DNA of 63,774 nucleotides, filler included, from Folioceros fuciformis (taxonomy: Eukaryota): NCBI GenBank assembly GCA_049999805.1. It is 4 parts of 3 records of this genome, joined end to end, with 100 filler letters (N's around TTAATTAATTAA, not from the genome) between each part and the next. Parts side by side here need not be neighbours in the genome. Positions count along the whole stretch, not along the records: positions 1 to 18,393 come from JBNGIO010006281.1; 3 more parts are not named here. One strand, given 5' to 3'. Under the pieces are notes generated by a model that made no database searches, was not told the origin of the DNA, and saw only the letters and a program-made list of their open reading frames with translations. The number at the start of each line of letters is the position of its first letter. Positions within the stretch are counted from its first letter, which is position 1. Of the stretch, positions 1-12,165 are shown one piece after another. The translations under genes and the position numbers were made by a program.

Positions 1-1459
1 GTAAGGCCAGGGATTGGGTGAAATACAATGTGTCCCAGTACAGAGAAAAGAAGAACGTGAACATCGCGTAAGCATCGAATCTTCCTTGCGTGCTTTCCAT
101 TGTCGACTTCACCTCACGCCTATTCAGGCCCTGTGGAATGGTCTTGCTTTCCGGCTTGTTTGATTTGAGTGACGGAGTAGTTTGCTCCTGCAGTGGCTTC
201 CATGCTTATCTTTCGCCATCTCTTTGCTAGCTTTTACTTCATTTCACTTTGGTTTTCCTGCTTCACAGGAGATAGGTAGGTGGATACTTCGTGTACAGAT
301 TTTGTTCTCATCTTCCAGATGATGTCTCTTACGTAGGTACGCCGCAATAGGAAACGAGCCATTTCTGACAACCTATAATGACAGTTACGTGAATTTGGTC
401 CTGCCTGCGCTGCAAAATGTGCAGCAGGCTATCGTAGAGGCGAAGTTGCAAGGTATTGTAAAGGTTGTGGTGCCCATGAATGCTGACGTGCTCTCGGAAA
501 CGTCAAATCTTCCCAGTCAGACCACCTTCAAGGACAAGTATCTGAATCTTATGTCGCAGATAGTTTCCCTGCTCAACAACCAAGGATCCCCTTTCATCGT
601 TAATCTCTACCCGTACTTGAGTCTGGTTGGGAATCCTGATTTCCCGAAGGATTTCGCATTCTTGAATGGTAACAGCAGTGCTGCTTTTTCTGATGGAGAC
701 TTCAGGTACGCAAATGTTCTGGAGGCCAGCATTGATCAGGTTGCAAATGCCCTGGCTAGTGTGGGAGCACCTAATATGCCTATAGTCTTGGGCGAAGTGG
801 GCTGGCCTACTAACGGTGAAGCGCGTGCAACTATTGACAATGCTAAGGAATTCAATCAAGGTCTACTCAATCACTTCCTGCAGCTGAAGGGCACTCCCAG
901 GCACCCAAATACGTTTTTTAACTTCTACCTGTTCGGACTTCTCGACGAAGATGCAAAGAGTATATCGCCTGGCAACTTCGAAAGGCACTGGGGCATTTTC
1001 GACTATGCTGGGCAGGCGAAATACTCGCTTGACTTATCTGGCCGAGGCTTAAACGTTCCTCTGGTTAATGCTCATGTGCAGTTTCTGGGGAAGAAGTGGT
1101 GTGTTGTGAAAGATGGCTCCACTGCCACCGGTTTACAAGCAAACCTGAACTACGCTTGTGGTAACGGTGCAGATTGTACAGTGATAGGAGATGGAGGGTC
1201 CTGCCATGACTTGCCAATGGCAGGTATGGCCTCTTACGCCTTCAACAGCTACTATCAAGCTCAAGGCCAGCAAGACTATGCCTGCGATTTCCAGAATTTG
1301 GCGACTGTCACAACCACGAATCCGAACTTGACTTACAACTGTCCGTTTACGCTGGCTATATCTACGTCTTCCAGCAGATCATCCATGCCAGTGGTAGCCA
1401 ATTGTGTGTATGCAGTATTTGGGGTATTCTTGGCGGTTGCTTTCCAACTTCAGGTCTAG
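1..1459 (+). CDS. Glucan endo-1,3-beta-glucosidase (GH17 + X8/CBM43 domain, probable GPI anchor); 5' end lies outside the window
   Basis: Exon <1-67, intron 68-336 (GTAAGC..TAG), exon 337-1459. GH17 motifs IGNEPF, GEVGWPT and FERHWGIF; Cys-rich X8 domain (WCVVK..YACGNGADC..ASYAFNSYYQ); hydrophobic C-terminal tail; TAG at 1457-1459. Confidence 0.95.
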
Positions 1460-1829
1460 CACTGGCAGTGTTCCTGCCGTCATCCAGCCATTTCTTTTTA
1501 CTGCCTTTACTTGCGCTGGCTCATACAACAAGCTATCAGTGATGTGCTCCTTCAACCGGTGTTGTAGCCTACCCCAACAGGTTTCCTTCTAAGGCATCCA
1601 CCCACTCATTTTGTCGCTCCCGTGTAGGAGTAGATCCGTGTAGCACGCAGCTAATGTGACATTTTGTCTATAATTTTTGATGCTCTCTAATGTCATCAGC
1701 TTGAAGGATGAAGTGTTTCAACTGGCATTTCGTGACACCTGCGATGTTTGACGTACCAACCGTTAGGGTTTACGTAGCCTCTGGCCCGATTCATTGTGTG
1801 GCAAGTGTGTACACCATAAGGAGGAACTT

Positions 1830-2955
1830 TCACACCACGACAGTAAAGGAATTGACAACCTCCTGTAACATGTCCTTCACATCGGGCCATGAGTCTTCGG
1901 ATGCTTGGGAATTCAGAGAATACAGCAGCCCGCTGCTTGAGCAGTACACTGCTATATTGTGCCTGAAGAAGGAGGTGGCCCTCACAGTGTATTCCAAGGT
2001 GTAGTAGACATCGGCACTGCCAGGCGGTCCTTGCCGCCTGCTCGCACTCAAAAGCGTAGCCATCTTACCCGACCCTTGTGGAGCAATGAACTTGGTGAGA
2101 ATAAGGGCCCCAGCTTCGTCAGGTGCCCCCAGCAACTCAAGCCTGCAAACAGTCGGACAAACATCTTGAATGCCTTGGCTGCGAGCAAAGCGCGACGAGA
2201 ATGCAGGCGAGTCACAAACACGGGAATGCGAAGGCCACCTGAAGCCAGGGTAGACCGGAGCGACCACCACACTGACATTGAGCTGACCATCGCTGCCCGG
2301 AGGACCGAAGGCAACAATTGGTTCAGTGGAAGAGCCGGACTGCCTGGGTCCCTTGAGGGACGGCAAGTCCAGAGACCTCTCCCGCTCCGCCCGTTCAACC
2401 GCTCTATACAGCAGCCTCTGGTCTCCAACCCAATCAGCCGGGTACACGAACTCTGCGGCATCAGCAACCGTGAGCCCAACTAGCCCCACACCCCGTCGCG
2501 TGCCGTTCCGTTCCACGAATCAAGGTCAAGCTATGAGTCTCACCGAAGCCCCTGCTGCTCTCGACGCAGCGTTTGAAGCCCTTCACAGGATACAACACGT
2601 CCAGCTTGAGACTCCTTGCCAGCTGAGAATCCAGCGACAGGATTGCGCCTGTGACGCCCAGGAAGTTGGCCCCCAGGGCAATGACAGCCCCCACTGCTGC
2701 CCCCGCCACTATCCTCCTCCTGAAGGCCGCCTCCTCCGCGGACACTGCCCTAGATTCATCCACCACCTCCTCTTGCGTTTCCCCACGACCGTCACTACCT
2801 GACCGCACCCTCCATCCGCACCCGCCGCCATGCCCGCTTCGACCGGGCACAAGGAGCCGCCCTCGTCCCGAGAGAAGCAGAATTGGATTCGGAGTCCGCG
2901 TGCTCTGAACGAGCGCAGGGGACGCACATGGACATTGAGCAATCGGCAGAGACAT
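1830..2955 (-). CDS. PsbP domain-containing thylakoid protein (PPD7-like)
   Basis: Two exons (2955-2544, 2452-1830) with a 91-bp GT-AG intron give ...LDVLYPVKGFKRC...GF/EFVYPADWVGDQRLLY...IVAFGPPGS..NVSVVV..YYTLEY. Transit-peptide-like N-terminus. Confidence 0.88.
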
Positions 2956-2975
2956 CACATCACATCACAAACGCA

Positions 2976-3030
2976 GGGTAGGGCAGGGCAGGGCAGGGCA
3001 GGGCAGGGCAGGGCAGGGCAGGGCAGGGTA
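2976..3030 (+). repeat. (GGGCA)n pentanucleotide array
   Basis: GGGTA + 9 x GGGCA + GGGTA, about 20 bp upstream of the PsbP-domain gene ATG. Confidence 0.97.
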
Positions 3031-3517
3031 CGAAGCAATGCACACCGTGCCTCCCTTTTCCCCCCTCGTTTCACTCCTCAATGTTACTTCCTCCTCTACC
3101 TCCTCCTTACTATAATACACTTTCTTCTTTTGGTGGACCTCCATATGTAGACATTCGGGACATGATTCTGCCCTAATCCGTGAATCCCTTTATTAATAAA
3201 AATATATTCCTTATTAAATGGGTGTCTTCCTACGTGGGTGGTACACCACTCACTCATCCCAGCTTCATGGTTCTATGCATCAACTTCCTGGCCTCATCTA
3301 TTACACCCTAAATTTAAGTTTTCAAGTGATAACCTGCAAAGTGAGTTACTAATTTGAATGTGGCAATGCGTGAAGAAGAAAATTTTTATTATATTTTATT
3401 AAGGATGCATTTGTGCAAGAATAATTTAATAACTTTGTAATTTTCTGCGATTATTCGTATTTATTATAATATTAAATTATTTGTTGTTTTGGGTTTAAAG
3501 TTCATTTGTCATGTGCA

Positions 3518-3589
3518 GCGTTTGTAGTCCAACGGTTAGGATAATTGCCTTCCAAGCAATAGATCCGGGTTCGACTCCCGGCAGACGCA
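3518..3589 (+). tRNA. tRNA-Gly (anticodon TCC)
   Basis: Acceptor stem GCGTTTG/CAGACGC; anticodon arm ATTGC-CT-TCC-AA-GCAAT; T arm CCGGG-TTCGACT-CCCGG; Pol III terminator T-runs at 3614-3617 and 3621-3626. Confidence 0.96.
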
Positions 3590-3886
3590 GTTGGACTTCA
3601 TAGATGGCAGGCATTTTGGATTTTTTGTCACCGAAAATCGGTGGCTCCTAAGGTAATGTACTTACTCCAGACAGAGCCGTCTTACGGGTGAAGAAATTGC
3701 TTATAATTTCTGGCCCCGTTGGCCGATCCGGGCGGCTGAGTGTAAGCATGGACTGCAAGAGACGCACCAGGCTGGCAGCGGGTGGCAAATGGCCCTCCTT
3801 GCTGTCCTCTAGCGAGCTGAACTGCAGGTGCTTGCTCGCAAATTTCCCGCCTTTCTCTTAGATGTGTCGTCGAGGCGACAGGCAGG

Positions 3887-6787
3887 ATGGGCCTCTGGAA
3901 CGCCATCGACTGCTGGCTGTCGGCGGCGAGCTTTCTGTTCCAGCATCCTGTGGCCATCGCATTTCAGATCCAGGTATGCTTTCCTATGCCTCATTGGGGA
4001 CCTTGCAATGTGGCTCCTGTCTGGGCTGCTACATGTCTCCAGGGTTGCTAGACGGGGACGCCCGGTGGATTTGATTAATCTGGAATCTGCTTCCCACTGC
4101 CTTTCTCGTTGGTCTGCAAGCGGGCTTTTTTTTTTACGAGATTTCAACGCCTGGTGTTTGTCTCATGGCTCAGGGATGCCTCATCTGCCTAGTTTTTGCA
4201 GCAGGATTCGTGTATGCAGCACGCACACGGTACCGCATTGCTCGCGCTCCGTTGCTTGGGCTCAGAGATTGTTTGGTAGGAAGTAGCTGAGATTGCGCTG
4301 AAGCGTGGACCATGGTATGGGTCGTAACGCAGGGCAAGAGAGCTTGAGGAACTGAAGGACAAGGAGAAGGATGGTAACAGTCTGTCCTTTTTGTACCCTG
4401 ACTTGAATGACCTGGAGCATTCAGTTCAGGCAAAGTTGCCGAGGGTGGGAGTCGTAATGCCTGTGAAAGGAGTAGGGGAGTACAGCTTCAGCAATTGGCA
4501 CAGCCAGGTGCGACCAGCCAAGCTGCCATCAGGGGATTATCGTTTTCAAGCATGTGTACTAGAACTGCTTTCTCTGGACATTTGTCTGAAAAAATGTACT
4601 GCAGGTTATTTCTCTATACGGAGGGCCCCTTGAGTTTTTGTTCGTTGTCGAGAGCGTGGATGATCCAGCTTATGATGCTGCTTCACAGCTTCTGTTGGAC
4701 CTGAAGGTTGTTATGTTCAAGACTCCCTCTGTTCCTTCTGTCTTGCAAACATTTGTTTGGCGGTGTAATCCAGCAGGAACTGCCAGACTGCCTATCTCAT
4801 GTTCTGTGTCTATTGTAGGGGCAAGTGCAAGCTAGAATAATAGTTGCTGGATTGGCATCTACATGCAGTCAAAAGATCCACAATCAGCTGGTACCACATT
4901 GCATCTGGGTAGTATAGGTTTTGGCACAACAACAAGCATCTAGAAATCTCTGCTAACCTGTGCGATGGTTTTAGGCAGGTGTGGAGTCCATGCACCCAGA
5001 TACAAAATATGTGCTTTTCCTGGATGACGATGTGCGTCTTCATCCGGGAACCATAGGTTGCCTTGTGGCAAATATGGAGGATCACCCAGAGGTGTGAATC
5101 CTCAAACCTGTGAACGATGTGGACATGAGAACCAAGTTTGTCCATGTTACCTGGTGCTTAGTCTATGTCAACCTCCGTCCTCACCAATTGCAGGTACTTA
5201 AGGATAGGGGGCACCATTGGCTTTTGGCAGATATTTATACAAACGGGTTATCCTTTTGATGTACCTTCAGGAAGTTTGGGGAGCTATTGCATTTACGAGT
5301 ATCACATGGTGAGATTGAGGTCGAAGTTTCTTTGTTGCTTTACTTTTACGGGACTTTCCATCTTACGCACGAGTTTGCACAGCCATGTTCAATAGGTTTC
5401 GCTACAGGTGGAAGGACCATCTTCTTGTGGGGGGGATGCATGATGGTGAGTAGGAACATGCAATCATACTGTTTCTTCGTGACCAATCAGCTAAGCTTCA
5501 CACTTAGTCTAGCCTGAACGCTTGTGGGGTCACTGTTCAGATGCATGCTGCAGATTTCAGGACAGATCGTTTTGGAATGGTCTCAGGGTTGCGCGATGGG
5601 GGCTACTCTGATGACATGACACTTGCTGCGGTTTCAGGTGTTTTTTGTTCGAAGTGCGGTTCTTGATGGTAGCACATGCTCCAGTTTCATGTATCAGCCC
5701 TTTACCACGTTTATAACGATTGCTGTGATCATGCTATACAGGGGCCAACAAACAAGTGATCTGGTCCCCACCAAGGGCTATATTCATTCATCCCCTCGCT
5801 AAAAACTTGAGCTTTCCTCGGTGAGACTGGAGCTACAGAGTCACTTTCACTCGTCTCTGGCAGATCTGAGTTTCTGTGTCTGACTGCTTGCACTTTGCCT
5901 GACTGGGTTTCTGTTGTTGCTTGGTTACAAATGCCTAGGTATTGGAACTACTTGAGAAAGCAGACTATCGTCCTTGAGACATACAACACGCCATTTAATT
6001 GGATGATGAATCGTGCTTTGTTCTCCTCCCATTGCTGGTTGTCTTGGGGCTTTTGCTTCCAATACATCACAGTGGTTGTGCACCTATTGGCTGCAGTGAG
6101 GACACTCATCGGGACTTCTCCCTTTGTTTTTGCCCCCACCGTGTCAGGTTTTAGCTCCTGAACCTTAGGTTGCCTGTTGTTTACTTGCATTGGATTCTCG
6201 TACTTGACTTGTTGTGCAACAGGATTGACACTGTCAGCGATGGTAGCGTTCTGCACTGTGGTTGAAGTTTGTACCATTCGAAATCTGTCCAAAGTGGAAA
6301 TCAACTTGTGCAACGCCTTGTCACCGGAAGCACGACCCGTGTCTTTTCAGAATTACAACTGGCTCCATGTAAGGGTGTTGCTCTCCTCTGCGTACCTCGT
6401 TGTTGCTGCTGGCTCATGTACCGAGCGGGCCTGCGGCTGATGTTTGTCACGAATCATGTGTGCAGGTTTTCATTGCTATGTTCGTGGATAATTTTCTGTA
6501 CCCTGTGTCTGCTTTTCATTCTCACATTTTTCAAACTATTGAGTGGTCTGGTGTTCGATACAAGCTGCGTTCTGGGAAAATTTCGAAGGTGACATGTCTC
6601 GATACGCCCACGGTCTGACATTGAACATCTCAGTTTCTGACGGTTTTGTTGCTTCCCGTTGCAGATGGAACGGATGGGTGGACTGGATACCACAAATCTG
6701 AAAGCCAAGCTTCATGATGATGATCTGGTTCGTCGACTTCCTCTCTCACTCTCATTCTTTCGAAAAAAGAAATTTAACTCGTTGTAA
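3887..6787 (+). CDS. GCS: Glucosylceramide synthase (ceramide glucosyltransferase), multi-exon
   Basis: Spliced translation: MGLWNAID..FQIQ/GCLICL../LEHSVQAKLPRVGVVMPVKG../CSQKIHNQL/..VLFLDDDV../IFIQTGYP../GGYSDDMTLAA../RYWNYLRKQ../IEWSGVRY. First exon 3887-3973; last exon 6665-6787 ends in TAA. Confidence 0.92.
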
Positions 6788-6994
6788 GGACTGTTCGGAA
6801 GACTGTATCACGTTATTCATTGGTTTCTCACGTATTGCAATTCTTTACCATAATGGAAGGTATTCACCGTGTATGACTGGTACTATCACCGTCGTCATTG
6901 GTCTCGTCAAGGCAATGTCACCAACTCTTGCCCTCGCAAGATGTTCAGAGTTTCTCGAGACGAGTGATCAGCCATTCTCACTGCACACAAATTG

Positions 6995-7900
6995 TCAGCC
7001 ACCCTTGGTTTTCCGCCTCCCATTCACTGGGACAGTCTGCCAGCCAGCCTCTCGCTCCTCAGCAGTCAATTGTCCAGCGCTCTTAGAGAAGGCAACTGCA
7101 CTCTTCGAAGGGGCTGGATCTAGATTCTGCTCAATATCCTCAATAGCAGCGTCTTCCATTTCGTCATCGTCCCCCTCAACACCCTCCTCTTCGGTATCAC
7201 TTGGCACGGCGACCTGCATGAGAAGGGCCACTCATGGGGTTAACAAAGTAAAAACAACACACATAAGTACCAAAGCAACCGCATGAACAAAGGCGAACAA
7301 GGGCTAACCGAGCGTCGAGGCGGCGGAGGAGCTTGAGCAAGCTTTTCAACAGTACTGAAGTCGCCGACGAGGCAATCTTCGTGTAATTCCATGATCTTGT
7401 CAGCAAGCTGGACGACAAGAACAGTTCATCGATTAATACTCTACCACAACGTTTCCAAGACCAGCCTCCAGTGAGCAGTAGAGCACCTGCACTTCCATAC
7501 CTCCTCTATGCTGCCATCGTCTGCCTCAGTCCCAAATAATTGCAACAACCTGTCGTCAAGCAGATTCTCAAGCTCGTCCACATACAGAGTTCCTGCCGAA
7601 CACATCCGACAAACACCGCATCAGCACGCAGATCTTGACCCTAACCTACTTGCAATAGATGCAGCACGACACTGGACCAGCCTGAGATACTCGATCTTTC
7701 GGAAGCAGTAACAGACCTTTGGTAGTGGTGAGCCACTTGAGTATGTCGCCATGAAGCTGTTGCACGTAAGCAGGATTGCCGTCGTTATGCTCCAAAGCAA
7801 GTTGCAGAGCCTCCCATCGGCACAAGTAGAGGCGCACACCTTCCCACAGCGCATCTCGTCCTTGCTGCGTTAGCACGGGTGAAGGACCCGCACCCGCCAT
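6995..7900 (-). CDS. TSR2: Pre-rRNA-processing protein TSR2, 4 exons
   Basis: EGVRLYLCRWEALQLALEH; LYVDELENLL..EADDGSIEE; LADKIMELHEDC..GDFSTVEKL; acidic tail ending in GWQTV..RRK. Confidence 0.88.
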
Positions 7901-8349
7901 AGCAAAGAACTGCGGGACTCTTGACTGGTTTAGCCTTCTCCTAGAGCTCCTCCTTAAATTTTATCGATTCCTTTCCTTTCCTTTCCTTCTCAAGCGTTAA
8001 TTGCTTGAGTTCCCTGACTTAAATATAGAGGTGTCCAGTTATAGACATACAGGAGGTACGACGTTTGTGCCAATCGTCTACCCGTTAGTCGATGAAATGG
8101 TTTCTTCAAAATCTTTTCACTGCAGAAATCCATTTTCTGGCTCCGGTGTGGTATTTCGTACTATGGCTGCAATGTGTGGCTCTCCACTTGGCCTACTCTC
8201 CATCCGACCTATTCTCCACCTCTAGAGGGTATCTGTATATATTTTACTTCCCCTGTAACGGCGTGGAGTGCAACACATCTGTACGTTCCTCCTTGGTAGG
8301 GTGGAGGGGATGACCCTAAGGGACGTTCACCCCAGGCCATGTTTACTTC

Positions 8350-8387
8350 AACCCTAAACCCTCTTGCCACGGAGTTTGGTAGGGTTT
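8350..8387. promoter_or_regulatory. Telo-box-like elements in the divergent TSR2 / AAA-ATPase promoter
   Basis: AACCCTAAACCCT at 8350-8362 and TAGGGTTT at 8380-8387 (AAACCCTA on the minus strand). Telo-boxes are typical of plant ribosome-biogenesis gene promoters. Confidence 0.55.
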
Positions 8388-8589
8388 GGCTGAGCATTGC
8401 ACACTCCCCTGCGTTCCTCGCTTGGAGCTCGTGAATTGAATCTTGTTCTTGGCGGCAGGCTGGGTTCGGAGATCCGCAGCTAGGTGTTGAGGCCTCTGTA
8501 GGTGGAACCCGTCGCGACGCTCCAGGATGGTCCGTCCATGGCGGTTTCCGTTCTCCATGTCCGCGTGAGTGAGTGGAAGCAGAGCGGGA

Positions 8590-10325
8590 ATGGGGGCCGC
8601 CGGGAGGCGGGCGGTTTCCATTGGGCAGGAATTGTTTCTCTATGCCGTGAGCGCAGCTCTGAGTTGTCTGGTGCTCTTCGTGGGATTACGCCATTTGGAC
8701 CCCAATCGTGGCCAGGCCAAGAAGGCGGCAGAGCGCAAGAAGGAGATAGCTAAGAGGCTTAATCGGCCGCTGATACAGACCAACACGTATGAGGTGATTA
8801 TTTTGTAGTACTGGGGAGTGAATTGGGCGGCAGCGAGGGATGGGGTTTTGGACTGCCTGCTGTATGTATGTGGTTGTATCAGCGTGTCTGATGATGATGT
8901 CGTTAGCTGACTGTATGGAAGCTATCTGGATTGATCTCGTGTCACATTGGCTCATTTTGGATACGCCGTTTGTGGCAGGATATGATTGCGTGTGATGTCG
9001 TTAATCCGGAGGATATCGACGTGACGTTTAACTCTATTGGGGGGCTCGAGTCTGTGAAGCAATCTCTGATTGAATTGGTGATTTTGCCCTTGCAAAGGCC
9101 TGATTTATTTGAGCATGGAAAGCTGTTGAGACCCCAAAAGGGTGTCTTGCTCTTCGGCCCTCCCGGAACAGGGAAGACGTTACTGGCGAAGGCCATTGCC
9201 AAAGAGTCTCAGGCTGTGTTTATCAACGTGCGCATTGCAACTCTCATGAGCAAGTGGTTCGGAGATTCGCAAAAGTTAGGTATGGAGAGCTGTAGTCTGG
9301 ACTTTCGGGGTGTTTATTGCTTGCTTTGCCATGGGGCCAATAGTCTGTTGCAGCCAAGTGGGATGTGGTTTTTCGAGCCAGCTAGGACTTAACATGCGCG
9401 TCCATCCATATTGCAGTTACAGCAGTTTTTACCCTGGCTGGCAAGCTCCAACCTGCTATCATATTCATCGACGAAGTTGACAGCTTTCTCGGGCAACGTC
9501 AAGTTACGGAGCATGAGGCCCTAACAAACATGAAGACTGAGTTCATGGCTTTATGGGATGGATTTACCACGGACCGTAAGTTCTGCTGCAGCGCTTTGGA
9601 GCACGGGTTCTAACCTGTTTTACCAGAGGGAAATTCAAGTCTACAGTGGCTTGCAGATATTCGCTATTGTGAAGTGGTACTTGTTTGTGATTTTGTCTAC
9701 TTTCGGTTGTTCAGAGAATGCCCGTGTGATGGTACTGGCTGCTACCAATAGGCCCTGGGAGCTGGACGAAGCTATTCTTAGGCGCTTGCCAAGAGCATTT
9801 GAGGTCGGATTGCCGGACGTGAAACAGCGGGCTAGCATACTGAAAGTGATCCTGAAGGACGAAGACGTTGAGGAGCAAATCGATATCGATCGTCTTGCCG
9901 CAATGTGCGAAGGGTACAGTGGCTCGGATCTAACAGAGCTTTGCAAGGAGGCCGCATACCTCCCTATAAGGGTTCTCCTTGAAGACGAAAAGAAGGCTGG
10001 GGAAGGGGTCCAGATACTTGTGAGGGGCTACTTTATACTCCGATACTTAAGACGTGAGACTTGATCTCTTGGACTGATCTTGCGTATTCCATGGGTGCAG
10101 AAACCGAGGCCATTGAAACAAGAGGACTTCGAGACTGTGTTTAGGAAGTCTCGGACCTCCAAGGTAGCCGCGTTCGAGTATCAAAATGCTCGGCGTGCAG
10201 CAACGGAGGCCCAAACACGCGGGACCTCTGGGGAGCGTATCGAGTTCTCCGTCACCGAGTTACTCAGATTGTTGGCAGCATTCGGCAGCGCGAACAATCG
10301 CAGGAGTCCTCCGGATGCGTCGTAG
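8590..10325 (+). CDS. ATAD1/Msp1-type membrane-anchored AAA ATPase, 5 exons
   Basis: N-terminal TM ([28 protein letters not shown]); Walker A GPPGTGKT; Walker [35 protein letters not shown] at 10323-10325. Confidence 0.93.
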
Positions 10326-11393
10326 TTTGCCTGTGACTTGCGATTGAATCTACTGGTTCAGCGTATATTTTTACAAGCCCATGAATTTTACACCAGATTT
10401 TCGGGGTTTAGGCCCATGAGTGTAGAGTACTACATTGATTAGATTCAAGTATCCGGTTCCCTAATTGCGTATTACACAGTACTTTGTAGAAACGAAGGAC
10501 CTCTCTACGACACTGAAGTGTTGGTCTTGTATTTCCCCTTCCTCTAGGGGTATCTGTCCTGTAAGGTCTGTTCTCTAGAGACACGTGCATTACTTACTAC
10601 TTAAAATCAAATTTTGAGTCAAAACCTATTCACAATTGCCTTACGAGGACCTAGAAACTGTCCAAAACGCGGCTCAAAGATGTCCTACGATGCTGGTGAG
10701 CCCTGTCCAAAATGAGTATCAACGGTGGGCATAACCCACCCCGCTGTAACTGTTTTGCCTAGGTGATCCATCAGAAACGTTTGCCGAGCCAAACCCCTCC
10801 TCCTCTCTTTCGCCCAACTACCACAGAGGCGTACCGTTCACAGAGAGTCCAGGACAAATCTTTGTTTTTCTGCGTACAGACCAGCTAGGGGCTGAAACCA
10901 GAGCGAGTTGTTTGCACTTGTGACGCTACGCAACACGTCGGATCAGAACTTCCAAGGGGCCCGTGAAACAGAGACCATTTCATTCCCCTACGTTGTCGTC
11001 GCCGCAGTCTGCATTTTCACACTTCCTGCTGCGATCTTCTCTCTGCTTCATCCACAACCACGTCCCTGACGTCTGCTGATGGGTAGATAGGCGATGTCAG
11101 GTCCTCCAATTGCCAGCCTCCAGGTTGTGACCTCGTCATCGGTTCTTCTTGAAGTCTCCTTGTGGACTGAAGGCCCTGCTTGTACATTGCCAGCACTACC
11201 CAACTCCCCAAAAATCACGTTTACTTCCAAAAACTGGAAGCTCGTGAGGTCCGCAGAAGAGACCGCGAGCGTAGCTACATGTATCACCAGAGCCTCGCCC
11301 CACTAACTGCCTAGTCGTCCTCAACCTAAATCAGAGCTGGGTACAGAGACAGTCGCAGGCCAAATTCTCATAGAAGTAATCCGTAGAAGATTC

Positions 11394-12165
11394 TCAGGCG
11401 AGAGCCACCCCGATACGGCCTGCAACTTGGTCGAGGTCCCGTTGTCCGCTCGATGTTATACGCCTTCCTCTGCGAGGAAAAAGACATCAACATCAGAACT
11501 GCATGCAAAACGAGCTAAACACATTCACGGTAACCAATCAGGATTAATCGAGACTGACCCGCTTGGATCCTTGTTAATAATATCAAGGGCCTCCAGCTGC
11601 TTCAACACACTCCTCGCGATGGCACCGCTGCTCTTGGCGAAGTGCGAGGGTCTTACGCCGTTGCTCTTGCGACCTCCATAAATCTTGCGGAAAGCCCCCA
11701 ATCCAATGCCATGCCGAAGGTAGATCTTCCTGGCCATGGAGGCTGTTCAGATCATCAGCACACCATCTAGAGTTAGACAACAGGTTTCAGAGCAACCACA
11801 TAACAGACCTACCAGACAACCACATACTCCTTTCATCCGGAAAGCATCAATCCCTTCTAAACACGCCTGACTCCGGCTGAAGAACGTCAACGTACCCGTC
11901 CTGATGTAATACCAATCAGGGTCATATGGTGCCAACTCCTTGAAAGTTGCTGTCTTCACAATATCTACCCAAGCTGGGACGTTGATCTTTACAAAGCAGC
12001 ACAGAGTGAGAACGAACCCCACCCAAGCTATCACCAACCACTCCAGCTGCAGACTCGCGAGAACGGAACAAGACATACTTTGCCGGATTTCTTCAGGTGC
12101 GCAGCGTAGGCACGAACAAATTCGTGCGATGGCACATCCTTCACTGTCTTCGCAGGGTCCGCCAT
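11394..12165 (-). CDS. RPS19: 40S ribosomal protein eS19, 4 exons
   Basis: [58 protein letters not shown]../[23 protein letters not shown]../[17 protein letters not shown]; stop at 11394-11396. Confidence 0.97.

Noticed and set aside
3518-3887. Dicistronic tRNA-Gly-snoRNA or tRNA-mRNA unit
   Set aside because: T4 and T6 terminators follow within 40 nt, and no C/D box pair lies directly downstream.
8290-8560. Telomerase RNA candidate (template-like AACCCTAAACCCT, upstream TATA-like sequence)
   Set aside because: No clear USE (TCCCACATCG) at Pol III spacing and no T-run terminator before the AAA-ATPase gene; better explained as telo-boxes.
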